A stretch of DNA of 64,000 nucleotides from the human T2T-CHM13v2.0 reference genome, Homo sapiens, in assembly GCF_009914755.1 (NCBI RefSeq), contig NC_060947.1; one strand, written 5' to 3'. The notes under the pieces are model-generated. The model had not been told where the DNA came from. It worked only from the letters and a program-made list of their open reading frames with translations, and searched no databases. Below, piece by piece: positions 32,810 through 50,438 of this stretch. The position numbers and the translations under genes were made by a program. How positions within the stretch are numbered: the first letter of the stretch is position 1; the number at the start of each line of letters is the position of its first letter.

Positions 32810-35793
32810 TAACATATCAGAACTTGGTGTAACTTCAGCCCTTCACAAGGAGAGAAACACATTTGTGGAGAAGGGACCATGTTCACTCTTTATCTATCCA
32901 TGATAGACAGATAGTCCGGAGCTTTATATACCCATGGAACCTATGGAAAAATGTTGCCTGTCATAACTCACAATCTTCCAGCCACCCTTCCTTGTATCTG
33001 TCTTGTGGGCTGGGGGAACCAACTTATGGATCCCATCATCCCAGGGAGAAAGAAAAATCAAATCCTTCATTATCTCTTTTGGGGTATGCTCTCCTCTATT
33101 TGCATGGAGGTTAAGGCACTCAATATCTAGTAGCCGAATGTTACATTTGTGTAATACAGAACTATATTGGTATAAAATCGAATTTGTTTCCTCTGAGACA
33201 CAGGTAGAGGTACGTCCACACTGACCTGGGTGGCAGCCATCTCTTCCTGCAGTGCCAGGCAGGGCATGCTCACAGATCTGGGGAACCTCTTGCTCCTTGA
33301 GCCCCACAACCTCCTTCCTGGCACCCTCTCCCTCTGGTGGCTGTGACAGCCCACACTTGGCCTTGGGTCTCCCCTGCTTCTTTGCCTGCCCCTCTTCTGC
33401 CCACCCTGCATATCTCTGTCTCCCACTGTCCCTGCTGTGACCACGACTGCCTCTCCCTCCCCGCACTCTCTCTCTCCTAGGGCTCCTTGTCTTCGGTAAA
33501 TGAACCCACAGCCTTTACATTGTGACTGGGGACAGAGCCCGGGGCTTGTTCAGTTCTCCCTCCTTCCATCACACACCTGTCCTCCTTAATGTTTCTGAAG
33601 TCAGTGAGATCCAAACTCAGCCCCTCCTGCACCTGCCAGCTGTAGGACCTGTGACAAGACGCCTGCCATCTGTCTGGGTCTCCGTCTCTCATCTGTCACA
33701 TAGGCATAATGATGATAGTGTCCTCCTTCTCAGGCTGGAGAGAACCAGGAGGCCAAGGTGATGGGCCACGAACGGGCAAAACAGCTCCAATCCTGCCTCC
33801 ACCTGGGGCTGGTGTTTCAAGTCCATTGTGTGTGAATGGAGCTTTGATGTCTCCATTGACACAGAATAGTTTGTTCTAAAATAGACTCCCCTCTGCCCTT
33901 CCTTCCCCACAACTCTTTCACCTCTGCACTGTGCAGTGGTATATGTGAGAAAGAACAGTCCCATTCCCAAATCATCATCCCCACCCCAACTCCCAGGCCC
34001 TTGATTGGTGAGACCCTTGATGGGCGTTCTCATGCTTCTGTCCAGGGGACTTTCCCACCAATTGCTCCCCTGCATGGAGACTAAGTGGACTCTTCTATTC
34101 CCTGTCCATCACAGGATCTACAGTGCACGCATCTGCCTGATTCCTCCACATTCCCCAGATGACGATTTCATCTGTGTCTCCTCCCACATCCACCCAAATG
34201 GACCGTCCCAGACCTTGAAACCGAAAATCATTCAGAGAGCGAAGGCCAAGATGCCCAACCACCTGCTGCAGAATCCTGCTCCAGGACTGAAGTGTATAGT
34301 GTATATCAAAATAAAAACTGGAGGCCAGGTGCTGGGGCTCACACCTGTAATCCCAACACTTTAGGAGACCAAGGTGGGAGGATCGCTTTGGCACAGGAAT
34401 TTAAGAACAGCCTGGGTAACATAGACAGACTTTCTTGACAAAATCTTAAAAAAATTAGTGGGTCATGATGGTGCATGCCTGTAGTCACAGCTTCTCTGCA
34501 GGCTAAGGTGGGAGGATCACTTGAGCCCACGAGTTCAAGGCTGCATTGAACTATGATCATGCCACTGCACTCTAGCCTGGGCAGTGCAAGACCCCTTCTC
34601 TAGAAAAAAGAAACAAACAAAGAAACCCAACAACTGGAAACATCCTCCTCTGGAATGGTGGTCAGGAACATCTGCCTGCCTTGTTCACTGATGTCTCTCC
34701 AGCACCTAGAACAACGCCCAGCACGAGAACACACTCATTAGTGTTTTGTTGAATAAATGACTCCTTTGACACAGCAATTCAACTTCTAAGAATCTTTCCT
34801 AAAGAAATATTCACACAGGTGCAGAGACCTGTGCGCACATTAATGAGAGGAGCAAACAACTGGGGAACGTTTGCAAAGGTGTATTAACTGTCAGTGACTG
34901 ATACGGGGAATCAGAGGAGGGGAGTACATGCTGAACAGGAAACAAATTGAAGGGGGGCTTGACCAGGACTCATGGCAATGGGGAAAAGCATATGGGAGAT
35001 GCTTATACTGGTACTTGGTGTGTCTGTGTGTGTGTGTGTGTCTGTGTGTGTGTGTTTGTGTGTCTGGTGTGTAAATGCAGAGGGGAAAATCGGAAATTAA
35101 ACACTCAGATCTGCCCTCAGTAGTCACATCTGGGGAGAGAGGAGGGTAGTGCTGTTCTATGGAGAGAATACCTGACTATACTTGCTTTCTGAGGTAGGTG
35201 CATGGATACACAAACCGAAATACACATTAAGCATGTCTTGCTCATCAATGAAAACGCTAATATCTAACAGAATGGCACACTGTAAGAAAATACAATGGAA
35301 ACACTAACATCGAACTCTTGTCACACTAAGAAAAACGACGCTCAACTTTTCACTGTTGTGAACACTTGCTTTCACTTGCTATGCACCTGATGACGAGGGG
35401 TCCGCAGCCATGCCCATGTTCGTGAAAGGTCACCACGTTCTGCTTCTCATCATGGGCATATGTCGTATCCCCGAGGCTGAGGCAAGAAGAGAGAAGGAAA
35501 GTAAGTGGCAGTGAGTTCCCACCACGTGACAACTCAATCTCAACTCCTCCTGACCTGCAGACCCTGCACACTCTGATTCTGCCCTACCCCAGGACCTGCA
35601 CACGCCTTCCATGGTTCCTTGAAGTGAACCATCCGCTCATGCCACAGTGACTTCTTCGCCTGGGTTATCCATTCCTAGGCTAGAGGAAGGTGTGGCCCAC
35701 ATACAGGGCTGATCTGGAGTTCGGGAACCCACAGCATCCTGGGTAGGGAGCATTCCTGGATATACAGGGCAGGGAGTAAAAAGAGCTTACGAA

Positions 35794-36090
<297 letters not shown>

Positions 36091-36248
36091 CGTGGGAAAT
36101 CTCTCATCATTCGGCCTCAATGCTGTACCCTAGAAAATTATGAGACGGGAATGATTTGGGGAGCAAGTGACAGATGGGATACCAGTATCATAACAGAATA
36201 CCACATCTGCAGGGATGTGGGGGATGAGCCGAAGGTTCACTTACGGAG

Positions 36249-36349
36249 TTACTCGTCGTCTTCTTCAGGGTCGCTGATCTCTTCATAAATCACCAGCTGC
36301 TTTCTCTCACGCAGTCTGTGGGTCCAGGCATGTTTCCCCCTTTTGGGTC
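36249..36349 (-). CDS. SSX7: SSX7 last coding exon, SSX repression domain (SSXRD): [33 protein letters not shown]
   Basis: TAA at 36251-36249, followed by ctcc|gtaagt donor 4 nt after the stop. Confidence 0.95.
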
Positions 36350-36653
36350 CTGTGATGGAGAATAGTTGGAAAGTGAGGGTTGGGTAGGTTGGAGAGTGTT
36401 AGGCTCTGTTTTCTCAAAAAAAGGAGATGCCTCCCCCCTCCCAAGTGCCCATGGGCCTTCTTTATCCAGTTTTTCACATTCTCTGGCTTAGAGAGGCTGA
36501 GACCTTAGACCCACACCAATACAGGCCAAATGCCAATTAAAGTTTTAGCTTCTGGCTCCTTCTGTTGTGGGGTTTAGATTCCCAACCTTTTCACTTACGG
36601 GAACATCCACCCTTACCTCCTTTCATTCAGCACGTGTTTTTATTGAGGGCACC

Positions 36654-38670
<2,017 letters not shown>

Positions 38671-39066
38671 TTTATTGGGTATCAGGCATTGAGCTGAGTA
38701 AGATATTATCCCAGGTTATCAAAGATAGAATCGCTTGAGCACCTTTCATGTCATCAGGCCTTCTAGATTAAATTTAATGTCTCCAAACAATTTATGAACT
38801 ATGATTCTTTATTTCCATCTTATGGACTAGGAATCTGGAACTGAGAAAATTTGGAAGACTAGCCCCAAGTCACGTGGTTTGTATATGGGTGACAACTCCA
38901 GTCTGTATCTCTGGAAGTCCAGTCAAACATCTCATCTGGAGCTGGGCGAGCTCCTCAGCCCAGCCTGGACCCAGGCTTGTCTGGGGTCCATGCCACACAC
39001 CCAGTCCACACACCTGAACATAGCCACGGAAGCCAGAGGGTTTGTTCCCGAATTCTTTCCTCTTAC

Positions 39067-39202
39067 CGGATGTCTTGTTAATCTTCTCAGAGGTACTTGG
39101 TTTTCCTGGAGGGCACAGGTGTTTCCCATCGTTCTGTGAGCCAGATGCTTCTGGCACTCCCTTCGAATCATTTCCTTCCTCTGCTGGCTTCTTGGGCATG
39201 AT
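39067..39202 (-). CDS. SSX7: SSX7 exon 6: [45 protein letters not shown]
   Basis: 136 nt, visible inside ORF 38870..39244(-). Confidence 0.95.
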
Positions 39203-41158
39203 CTTTATAATGTGAAGGTCACAGATAAACAGAATCAGTGACATTTCTATAGTGCTTTAGAGCTTACAAAGCGTCTTCACATGCATTACCTTAATCAATG
39301 TTCTCAACAATGCTGGGAGAGTTACACATGCCTAAATTAGGAGAAACCTGGGAAGTTAGACGGGAAAGGAATGGCCTATGTGAATATCGTTTCCAGGGCT
39401 AGAATGCTTATCTTCACACTCTTTAAGACTGACATTCTTGCAAACAGTAAAAATCTCCATGCAATTGAGAGTTTGGTATACAAAAGATTGGAAGAAGGAT
39501 AGCATTTTTAAAATTCACAAGGTCTACAAAAGGAAGAGCTTCTATGAAATACAAGGGATCTCATATAAGCTCTTAGCTGCTGGGAGAGTAAATGTAAAAA
39601 CATAGAGAGGGGACAAAACACTGCTGGGAAAGATGGTGTGGGGAGATTAATACAGGGAAGGGAGAGGTAAAGAAATGGTTTGCTAAAATTAATCTAGGCA
39701 GCGAAGAAAGCAGTACCAGATCTGGCATACCACCCTACCGAGGCACCAACACTGAATGTGGAATTCAGTGAGGTGGTACCCATACCAATTCTGGTTGCAT
39801 TGGGATGTGTCACTGACCAACAATCTTAAGCTACTTTTTTTTTTGTTGTTTTGTTTTGAGACAGAGTCTCACTCTGTCACCAGGCTGCAGTGCAGTGGCA
39901 CGATCTCAGCTCACTGCAACATCCAACTCCTGTGTTTAAGTGACTCATGCAACAGCCTCCAGAGTATCTGGGACTGCAGGCAGGCGCTACCACGCCCCGC
40001 TAAGTTTTGTATTTTTAATAGAGATGAGGTTTTACCATGTTGGGCAGGATGGTCTTGACCTCTTGACCTAGTGATCCATCCACCTCAGCCTCCCAAAGTG
40101 CTGGGATTACAGTCGCTAGCCACCGTGCCCCGCTCTTAATCTACTTTTTATTCAGCTTCCTTGCTTATGAGATAGTGAACAATACATGTAAAATAGTCTA
40201 CGGGAAAGTCCTCTCTGAGCTTGTAAACACTGTTTAAATGCAGTAATAATAACAATTAATACCTTTCATGATCCTTCCTTCAATTCGGTCTCCACACTAG
40301 CAACCCAACTCCCAGATCCCTTTACCCTCTAAACCAGAGTTGAATCTGCACTTGTGGGGTCACTCATTCAGGGGCCTCCGAGGGATCCCCTGGGCTGGGA
40401 TGGGGGCTTCTGGGATGCCCCAGGTGCAGACAAGGTCCTCAAGGAGCTCACAGTAGGGAGGGGCCAACAGTCAAAACGATTCCTAAGCCATGCAAGTGGT
40501 CCCAGTAACAGAGCAGAGGCCAGCTGGTCTTTCCTATTGCGAGAATGGGTGTCTCAATGGAAGCACCAGCAGGCCCTATGGGGTGAAGCCCTAGTGAGCA
40601 ACATCTGAACTTCATAAACAAATGCAAACGTGAATGAGCTTTAAATGGCTTGGAGCTCTGGATTAGACTACCACTGCCACTGTGCCCCAGGAAAATTATT
40701 TAACATATCTATACCCCAATAGCCTCATTTTATTATTATGTTGCTGATAACTACGATTCTTTACTTCCATTTCATGGACCAGGAATCTGGAGCTCAGAGA
40801 ACTTAGAAGACTTGTGCCAAGTCACATGGCTTTTATATGGACGACAACCGAAGTGTGTGACTCATTATTATTTGGAGATAATAATAGAAACAAAGTCATA
40901 CAGGTCTTCTTAAGGATTAAATACATTAATCCATGTGAACTGCTTAAAATAGTATCTGGCATCACTATGAAAACAAAAGATGTATTAAGGATCACAACTG
41001 TTAGTATTATTAAGCTGTTGGTGCTACATCAGGTGTTGTGATAGACATGGGGAGAAGGAGGCAGTGAGGGCATTTTTTATATTCTCCCACTCTTACCAGT
41101 GTTTGCATCCATGGAGGGACAAAGGTTCTCTGGTCCTTTAGATCTGAGAGACACTCAC

Positions 41159-41208
41159 CTTCGGGAAGATTCTCTGGAGCCTGCAAAAAGTCATCTGAGG
41201 ACGTTCAA
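41159..41208 (-). CDS. SSX7: SSX7 exon 5: VERPQMTFCRLQRIFPK
   Basis: 50 nt, cag|ttg ... aag|gtgagt. Confidence 0.95.
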
Positions 41209-42517
41209 CTGAAAGAGAATATATCAGAATTTTTCTTTGTTGGTAAAGATTTCCAAACTCTAGAGACTTCTGTAGCATCAGGGTATTCTGCAGCAGAGTG
41301 TTATGAGTCCACTCATTGTTGAGGAGTTATTTCAGTTTTGCTTCTGAATTATGTTTAGTCATGGTTGATTCATTTATCTGTGGCATCAATTCAGAATTTT
41401 CCATCTCATGGTTTATCAAATGGGGACTAAACCCCATCACAGTCTCATCTTATTCCTTTACATATCTTTTATTTTTTTCCAAATAATTAAATTGATTGGT
41501 TAGGAATCTGAACTGTATCCACTCAAGATGTGCAACAACTGAAAATCATTGCACACTTCAAATGGGTGAATCTTATGGTATGTGAATTAAGCTGTTAAAT
41601 GTGTGATGAACCATGGATGATTTAGTCCAGTGGCTCTGAGATATTTTCAGTATAAAGACAGTCCTTTAATGTCAAAATCTTGGCAGACACCCAAGCACTG
41701 GATTTTCAGATCTCTTACAGTGATCGTGGGAGATTTTAGAATCTGGCCTTTTTAGTTGGGGAGTAATAGGTCTATTGGAGACAGTTTGGACGTTCTGACC
41801 TTGTCTTATAATTGTGTTGTCAGAGCAGAAGAGCAAGGAAACACATATGTGACCCCTTTATATTCCCAAAACGTACAAAGATCTCTACCGAAGAACCTGT
41901 CTTTTTTTCACCCTATGTTATCTCTGCTCTCTGGCAAGTGGGAAAGCTCTCTCTGTGTGTTGGATGAGGGATCACTCTTTCAAACTCTCTTCCAAGCTCA
42001 TCACGGAGAATCAGGGTTCTTTGGGAATGAAAAGACTATTTGGCTCTGATAAAATACAGAGAAACAGCGATCTTTATTACATAATGTGTTCATCATCCTC
42101 ACTCCTAAGATACCTATCCAATACCTACATGCTGTTAATGAGACAAACTCTGGAAGTTTTTGGCGAATCTACAGTTGTAACATTTTCTTTCTTCTTTTTT
42201 TCTCTTGTAACATTTTTTTAGCAGTCCTTTGATTCATTAATGGTGCTTAGGAAGAACAACATGTCATCTAAAAAAGAAATATTTCAAACACACAGAAAAG
42301 TATGAGGAATAATATTGAGTCCAGTCGGATCTCAACATTACCCCACAGCTATGCTAGGTTTGATTTATTTATTCACAATATTAGAAAAACTACAAACAGG
42401 CCGGGCATGGTAGCTCACACTTGTAATCCCAGCACTTTGGGAGGCTGAGGCAGGTGGATCACCTGAGGTCAGGAAGTTTGAGACCAGCCTGGTCAACATG
42501 GTAAAACCCCGTCTCTA

Positions 42518-42679
<162 letters not shown>

Positions 42680-43057
42680 TCAAAAACAAAAACAAACAAA
42701 ACACACTATCAACAAGTCACAGCTGAAGCTGTCTGTGCAGCACTCAGCAATCCCTGCCCGCCCTCCCTCCTCCACTTACAGCCAGTCACCTCAATTTGAT
42801 GGCTTTTTATTCACATTCATGTTTGTATACATTTACCATTTACTTATTATCTATAAAAATATATATTCTTGTTTTTCGTGTTTTAAAATTTTATATGAAT
42901 GGCCTCTGTAGTTAACTTTCTGCATGCAATTTTTTTTTTTTTCACTCAGCCCTGATGTGTATGAGGGAACAAATGCCTGAGGATCTTTCCCAAGTAGCTG
43001 AGCTGAAAAGCAGCTGGGCTTGAGGAGACCCTTTCCAGCCCCTTCCCGTCTACTCAC

Positions 43058-43153
43058 CCTGATTCCCTTGGTTACGGTCATTATCAAAATCATTCCCCTG
43101 GAGGTCTGTGGCCCCTGTATTATGCATGAAAGGTGGGAGGGTGGCCTTGAAGC
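43058..43153 (-). CDS. SSX7: SSX7 exon 4: [32 protein letters not shown]
   Basis: 96 nt, canonical splice sites, in frame. Confidence 0.95.
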
Positions 43154-43675
43154 CTAGAAAGAAGCAAAATGTTTATTCCTTAAGAGACAAGCTTTGACCT
43201 GTCACGGTGGCTCATATCTGTAGTACCAGTGCTTTGGGAGGCTGAGGCTGGAGTATTGCTTGAGGCCAGGAGTTCAAGGCTGCAGTGAGCTATGACTGCA
43301 CTACTGCAAACTAGCCTAGGTGACAGACTGAGACTCAGACTCAAAAAAAAAGAAAGAAAGAAAGATACAAGCCGAGAGAAGGAAGGTAGGGACGGTGTGG
43401 GGGTGCCGGGATGCCACAGAGACACTTGGACTCATCAGAACAGAAGCCTAAGGGAGAGAAACGTGCAGGATCCAGGTATGAGCTCCACTGTGGCCAGTCC
43501 CTGCCCTCAGCCCTGACAGGATACAGAAGAGGAGAACACCCAGAAGCTGCCTTGCGATTTTTCCCTGCACAAAAGGAAAATGTGGGGTACTTTCTGCAGC
43601 CTAAGAAGTAGCCAAAGCAGGAATAGGGATGCTCATGTGTCCCCAGACTTGTCTGTACCTAGAACTTTCTGTTAC

Positions 43676-43790
43676 CTAGTTTAGTCATGGCCTCATACTT
43701 TCTCTTCATATACACATAGCTGATTTTCTCCAAGGATTTCATCTTTTCCCACTCTTTCTTAGAGAAGTATTTGGCAATATCATCGAAGGA
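43676..43790 (-). CDS. SSX7: SSX7 exon 3, KRAB-related domain: [38 protein letters not shown]
   Basis: 115 nt, ctag|tcc ... ctag|gtaac. KRAB-A-like F-DIA-YFS-EW motif. Confidence 0.95.
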
Positions 43791-44209
43791 CTAGGAAAAG
43801 ATAAAAAAGGAATTTTGTCAGTGACTCAGCTAGACATGTCTGCCATTCAGCTGGAGCCCCTTCCTGTGTGCTGGATCTGGGAAGTGGGGATGATGCCATG
43901 GCTAACCGACAACATGAGCGACCTTTCCTAGCTTCACCCCTGCCACACAGTAGGGCTTTAATGCTGCTGACTGACTCTCTTCCCACTTTCCAGAATGGAC
44001 TGAGATTCACCAAATGTAGTGCACGGTCACAGACTTGTCTCCAAGGATGCTAGTTGATGACAGAGCGAGGATGGGAGGCTCTCAAGGATCCAGATCTCCC
44101 CCAAGACCCTGGTCCTTGTCTCCAGTATCTCTGTCCTCCCCTCCTCAGAAACTTGGCCACCCCACACTGTCCCCTGGGCCACTACTCTGCTCCCTCCAGG
44201 TCACCTCAC

Positions 44210-44278
44210 CTTTTGGATCTTCTCTGGTATTTGAGCACCAGCCCTAGGTCTCCTTGCAAAGGCGTCGTCTCCGTTCAT
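44210..44278 (-). CDS. SSX7: SSX7 coding exon 1 (gene exon 2): [23 protein letters not shown]
   Basis: GCCATG start at 44278, donor aag|gtgagg. The N-terminus matches my recollection of SSX7. Confidence 0.95.
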
Positions 44279-44912
44279 GGCACCAGGAGCAGTCTGACCT
44301 GCAAGAGAAATAGCCTGAGTCTTTCCAGCCACAGCAGCTTTGGTCTTGTGGAGGGAGAAATCAGTGAAGGCCGGCCACCCTCAGTCACCTGGAATCAGGT
44401 GCTTCATTTCTCCATCTGGGGCTTATCTGTCCCTGAGTAATGACATGGGGCGAAGTCAGATGAAAATAGGGAACCAGGGGTCTCTGGGAGAAGTATTGAT
44501 TTGGGATGACAGGCTTCCTGTGGGCAAAGCAGCCTTGAGTCTTTGGGAGGGGGTTGGCTAATGTTGTTAGTAGTTTCCCTGGGGCTAGCCTTACTCTGAA
44601 AGATGTACAGACCCTTGTTGGGAAGGCAGAGATGTGACTGTGTAATTTTATTCAGTGGGGGCATGCTGACACCCCGACTCAATAAATAATGGAAGGGAAA
44701 TGAGTCCCAGAGATAACATCGTCTCTCTGGTGATGGATCTGATCAGGCAGAGGGATAGGGGGTTCTGTTCTGTTGAAGAGAAATGAGCATGGCTAATATG
44801 AACGGATTTAGAGGCTATTACTGGGTGATTTGTAAATTATTAGAAGAAGAGAGCTAGAATTTCTGAGACTACAAGAGCCCGCCATCACTTAGAGAGAATG
44901 TAGGGAGTTTCA

Positions 44913-45038
<126 letters not shown>

Positions 45039-45502
45039 CTACTAAAACAACAACAACAACAAAACACACACACACACACACACATTAACAGAAGCGGAGT
45101 GGTGTGCACCTCTAGTCCCAAGGCCTACGCGAGAGGATCACTTGATCCCAGGAGGAAAGATTTGAGTGAGTTTTTTTTTTTTTTTTTTTTTTTTGAGTCA
45201 TGGTCTCTCTCTGCTGCCCAGGCTGGGATGCAGTGGTGTGATCATGGCTCACTGCAACCTCCGCCTCCTGGGTTCAAGTGATCCACCAGCTGTGGCCTCC
45301 AAAACTGCTGGAATTACAAGCGTGAGCCACCGTACCCGGCCCAAATTTGTTAAGTTACTAGAGTTCCCAGGAAAAATCCCATACCTGAAAAAGTTAGAAA
45401 CTGACAGGAAGGATTTGAGATGGCGACCTGCCTCACATACACTCCTTATTAAAACTAGATAACAAATGCACCACAGAGGAGGGGAGGGGTAGTAAGAATG
45501 GA

Positions 45503-45866
45503 AAAAGAAAATCAGCGCATGCTTACTCTGATTTTGGAAGAATCAAAAGAGAAAATCAGACCGTGCGTACTCTGAGTATGGAAGAATCGAGAGAGAAAGT
45601 CAGAGCATGCATACTCTGAACTTAAAGTAGCCAATCCCAGGGGATGCTTTAGGCGGGAAAATCAGAGTCTCCACCCCCACTTTGAGAAGGTTCTGTCCCT
45701 GGAGCCTGGACTGATAGAAGCCACATCAGCTTCGCTTATCACGCTACTGTTCTGACTTCTGATTGGCCAGATGGAGTTCACTAACTGCCCTGATTGGTCC
45801 ATCATCCCTGCATAGTGACATTGCACAATATTGTCTCCTCCTCCAGCAACACTTTGTTGCCACTGC
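45503..45866. promoter_or_regulatory. SSX7 promoter cassette: gcgcatgc 45515, CCAAT 45631, ggcgggaaaa 45652, inverted CCAAT boxes at 45762 and 45793
   Basis: Direct-orientation homolog of 13636-13960, lying between SSX7 exon 1 (-) and the OAT retrocopy (+). Confidence 0.7.
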
Positions 45867-45869
45867 GAC

Positions 45870-46230
45870 AAAGTGGGTGGTCCTCAGGCGCCGTCAGGAG
45901 ATTTTGAACTCTCTGAAGACCGTCCCTGGATCTTGGGTTAAAAATCTGTTTTCTAGTCTGAACAGCGAGAAGAAAAAAATAGTCGGATCTGTGATTTTTC
46001 TACTTGAAAGACACAATGTTTTCCAGACTAGCACATTTGCAGAGCTTTGCTGTACTTAGTAGTGGCTTTCATTCTTCAGTGGCTTCTATATCTGTTGCTA
46101 CTGAAAAAACAGTCCAAGGCCCTCCAACCTCTGATTACATTTTTGAAAGGGAATCTAAGTGTGGTGTGCACAATTACCATCCTTTACCTGTAGCCCTGGA
46201 GAGAGGAAAATGTATTTACTTATGGGATGT
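45870..46230 (+). pseudogene. Processed ornithine aminotransferase (OAT) pseudogene, 5' piece (5'UTR plus ~72 codons from ATG 46016)
   Basis: [72 protein letters not shown] matches the OAT N-terminus and is intronless. OAT-like sequences are known to be interspersed with SSX genes on Xp11. Confidence 0.93.
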
Positions 46231-46249
46231 GATTGTGGTATTGGTTACA

Positions 46250-46475
46250 TCCGCCTTGGCCAATCTTCCCGCCTCGGTCTCGCGACTACAGGTGGGAACC
46301 ACCCCACCCCCACTAATATTTTTTGTTTTTGGATTTTTTAAAAGAGACGGTTCCGCTATGTTGGCCAGGCTGGCCTCAACCTCCTGGGCTCAAGGGATCC
46401 TTCCACCACGGCCTCAGGACTACTGCCATTCTGCCCTGCTCATTTTTATTTTATTTTATTTTATTTTATTTTATT

Positions 46476-46510
<35 letters not shown>

Positions 46511-46925
46511 CTTATAGGAAAGACAGGCTTTCGCTACGTTGGCCAGGCTGGTATTGACCTCCTGGGCTCAAGCAGTCCTCCCACCTTGGCCTCGGAACTA
46601 CAGGAGTGAGCCATCCCACCCACGCAATTTTTTTGTTGTTCTTGTTGTTAGTAGAAATGGGGTTTCGCTATGTTGGCCAGGCTGGCCTCTACCTCCCGGG
46701 CTCAAACAATCCTCCCGCCTCAGCCTGGTGACTACAGGCTCACACCACCCCACCACCACTAATATTTTTAATTTTTCTAGCAGAGACAGTTTTGCTATGT
46801 TGTCCTGGCTGGTCCCTACCTCCTGGGCTCAAGCGATCCTCCTGCTTCAGCCTTGGGACTACAGGCATGCACCGCCCTGCCTTTTGCTATTTTTCCCCGG
46901 CTGCTTTTGACTTTCTGGGCTCGCT
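46250..46925 (-). repeat. Homologous FLAM-like tandem array (~5 units) separating the two OAT pieces
   Basis: Same unit and same internal deletion as 14160-15030. A ~2-unit remnant lies at 3030-3260. Confidence 0.8.
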
Positions 46926-47059
46926 CAATGATTTGAACCTGGGAAGCGGACGTTGCATTGAGCTGAGATCACACCACTGCACTCCAGCTTGGGCGACAGA
47001 GCAAGACTGTCAAATAAATAAATACATCCATACTTGAAAGAAAGAAGAAAGAAAAGAAA

Positions 47060-47111
47060 GGAAGGAAGGAAGGAAGGAAGGAAGGAAGGAAGGAAGGAAG
47101 GAAGGAAGGAA
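47060..47111 (+). repeat. (GGAA)13 microsatellite
   Basis: Counted directly; 52 bp of perfect repeat followed by (cgaa)3. Confidence 0.95.
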
Positions 47112-47167
47112 CGAACGAACGAACCAGCTGAAACTCTGTAAAAACAGTAAGCTTTGTGGTATATTAA

Positions 47168-48715
<1,548 letters not shown>

Positions 48716-48790
48716 GATACAGAACATGCCTGGGTGCAGTGGTTCACGCTTGTAATCCCAGCACTTTGGGAGGGCGAGGTGGGCAGATTA

Positions 48791-49001
<211 letters not shown>

Positions 49002-50064
49002 TTAGGTGACAGAGTGAGAATCCCTCTCAGAAAAAAAAAAAAAGGTACAGAACATTTCCATCATCATAATGCTATCCCTTGTGCTACTCATTTTTAGTAA
49101 TACTCACTCTCATCCCATCCACCATCCCTAACCCCTGGCAACCACTAATCTGTTTTTCATTTCTATAATTTTCTCTTTTCTACAATGCTGTACAAATGAA
49201 ATCTTATAGTATATAACGTTTTAGGGGTTTATTTCACTCAGCATAATTCCATGGAGATTCCTCCAAGATATTGATATTTGTGTATCAATAGTTCATTGTT
49301 GTTGTTGTTGTTGAGACGGAGTCTCACTCTGTCGCCCAGGCTGGAGTGCAGTGTCTCAGCTCACTGCAACCTCTGCCACCCAGGTTCAAGCAGTTTTCTA
49401 GCCTCAGCCTCCCAGGTAGCTGTGACTACAGGTGCATGCCACCACACCTGGGTAATTTTTATATTAGTAATAGAGATGGGGTTTCAACATACTGGCAAGG
49501 CTGGTCTTGAACTCCTGACGTCATGATCCACCCGCCTCGGCCTCCCAAAGTGCTAGGGTAACAGGGTGAGCCACTGTGCCCTGACGATAGTTCATTTTTA
49601 TTGCTGAGTAGCATTCCAGGGGATGGATATACCACAGTTTGACCATTCACTTATTTTAGGACATATTGATTATTTCCAGCTATTGGCTATTACAAGTAAA
49701 GCTGCTATGAACAATTATGTACAAGTTTCTGGATGGGCATACATTTTAATTTCTCTGAAGTGTAATTGTTGAATTGTATGGTCACTGCATTGTTTAGTTT
49801 TATAAGAAACTACCAAACTGCTTTCCAGAGTGGCTGTAAGATTTTACCTTCCCAGCAGCACTTAATGAGGTGTCCAGTTTCTCTGCATCCTTGTCACCAT
49901 GTTGTCACTATGTCTTTTATTTTAGCTATTGTAATAAGTGTGTAGTGATACCTCATCGTGGTGTTATTCTGCATCTAGTGAAGCAAATGAGTGTTGAACA
50001 TCTTTTCATGTGCTTATTTGCTTATTTCCTCTTCAGTGAAATGTATGTTCATATCTTTTCATGA

Positions 50065-50438
<374 letters not shown>

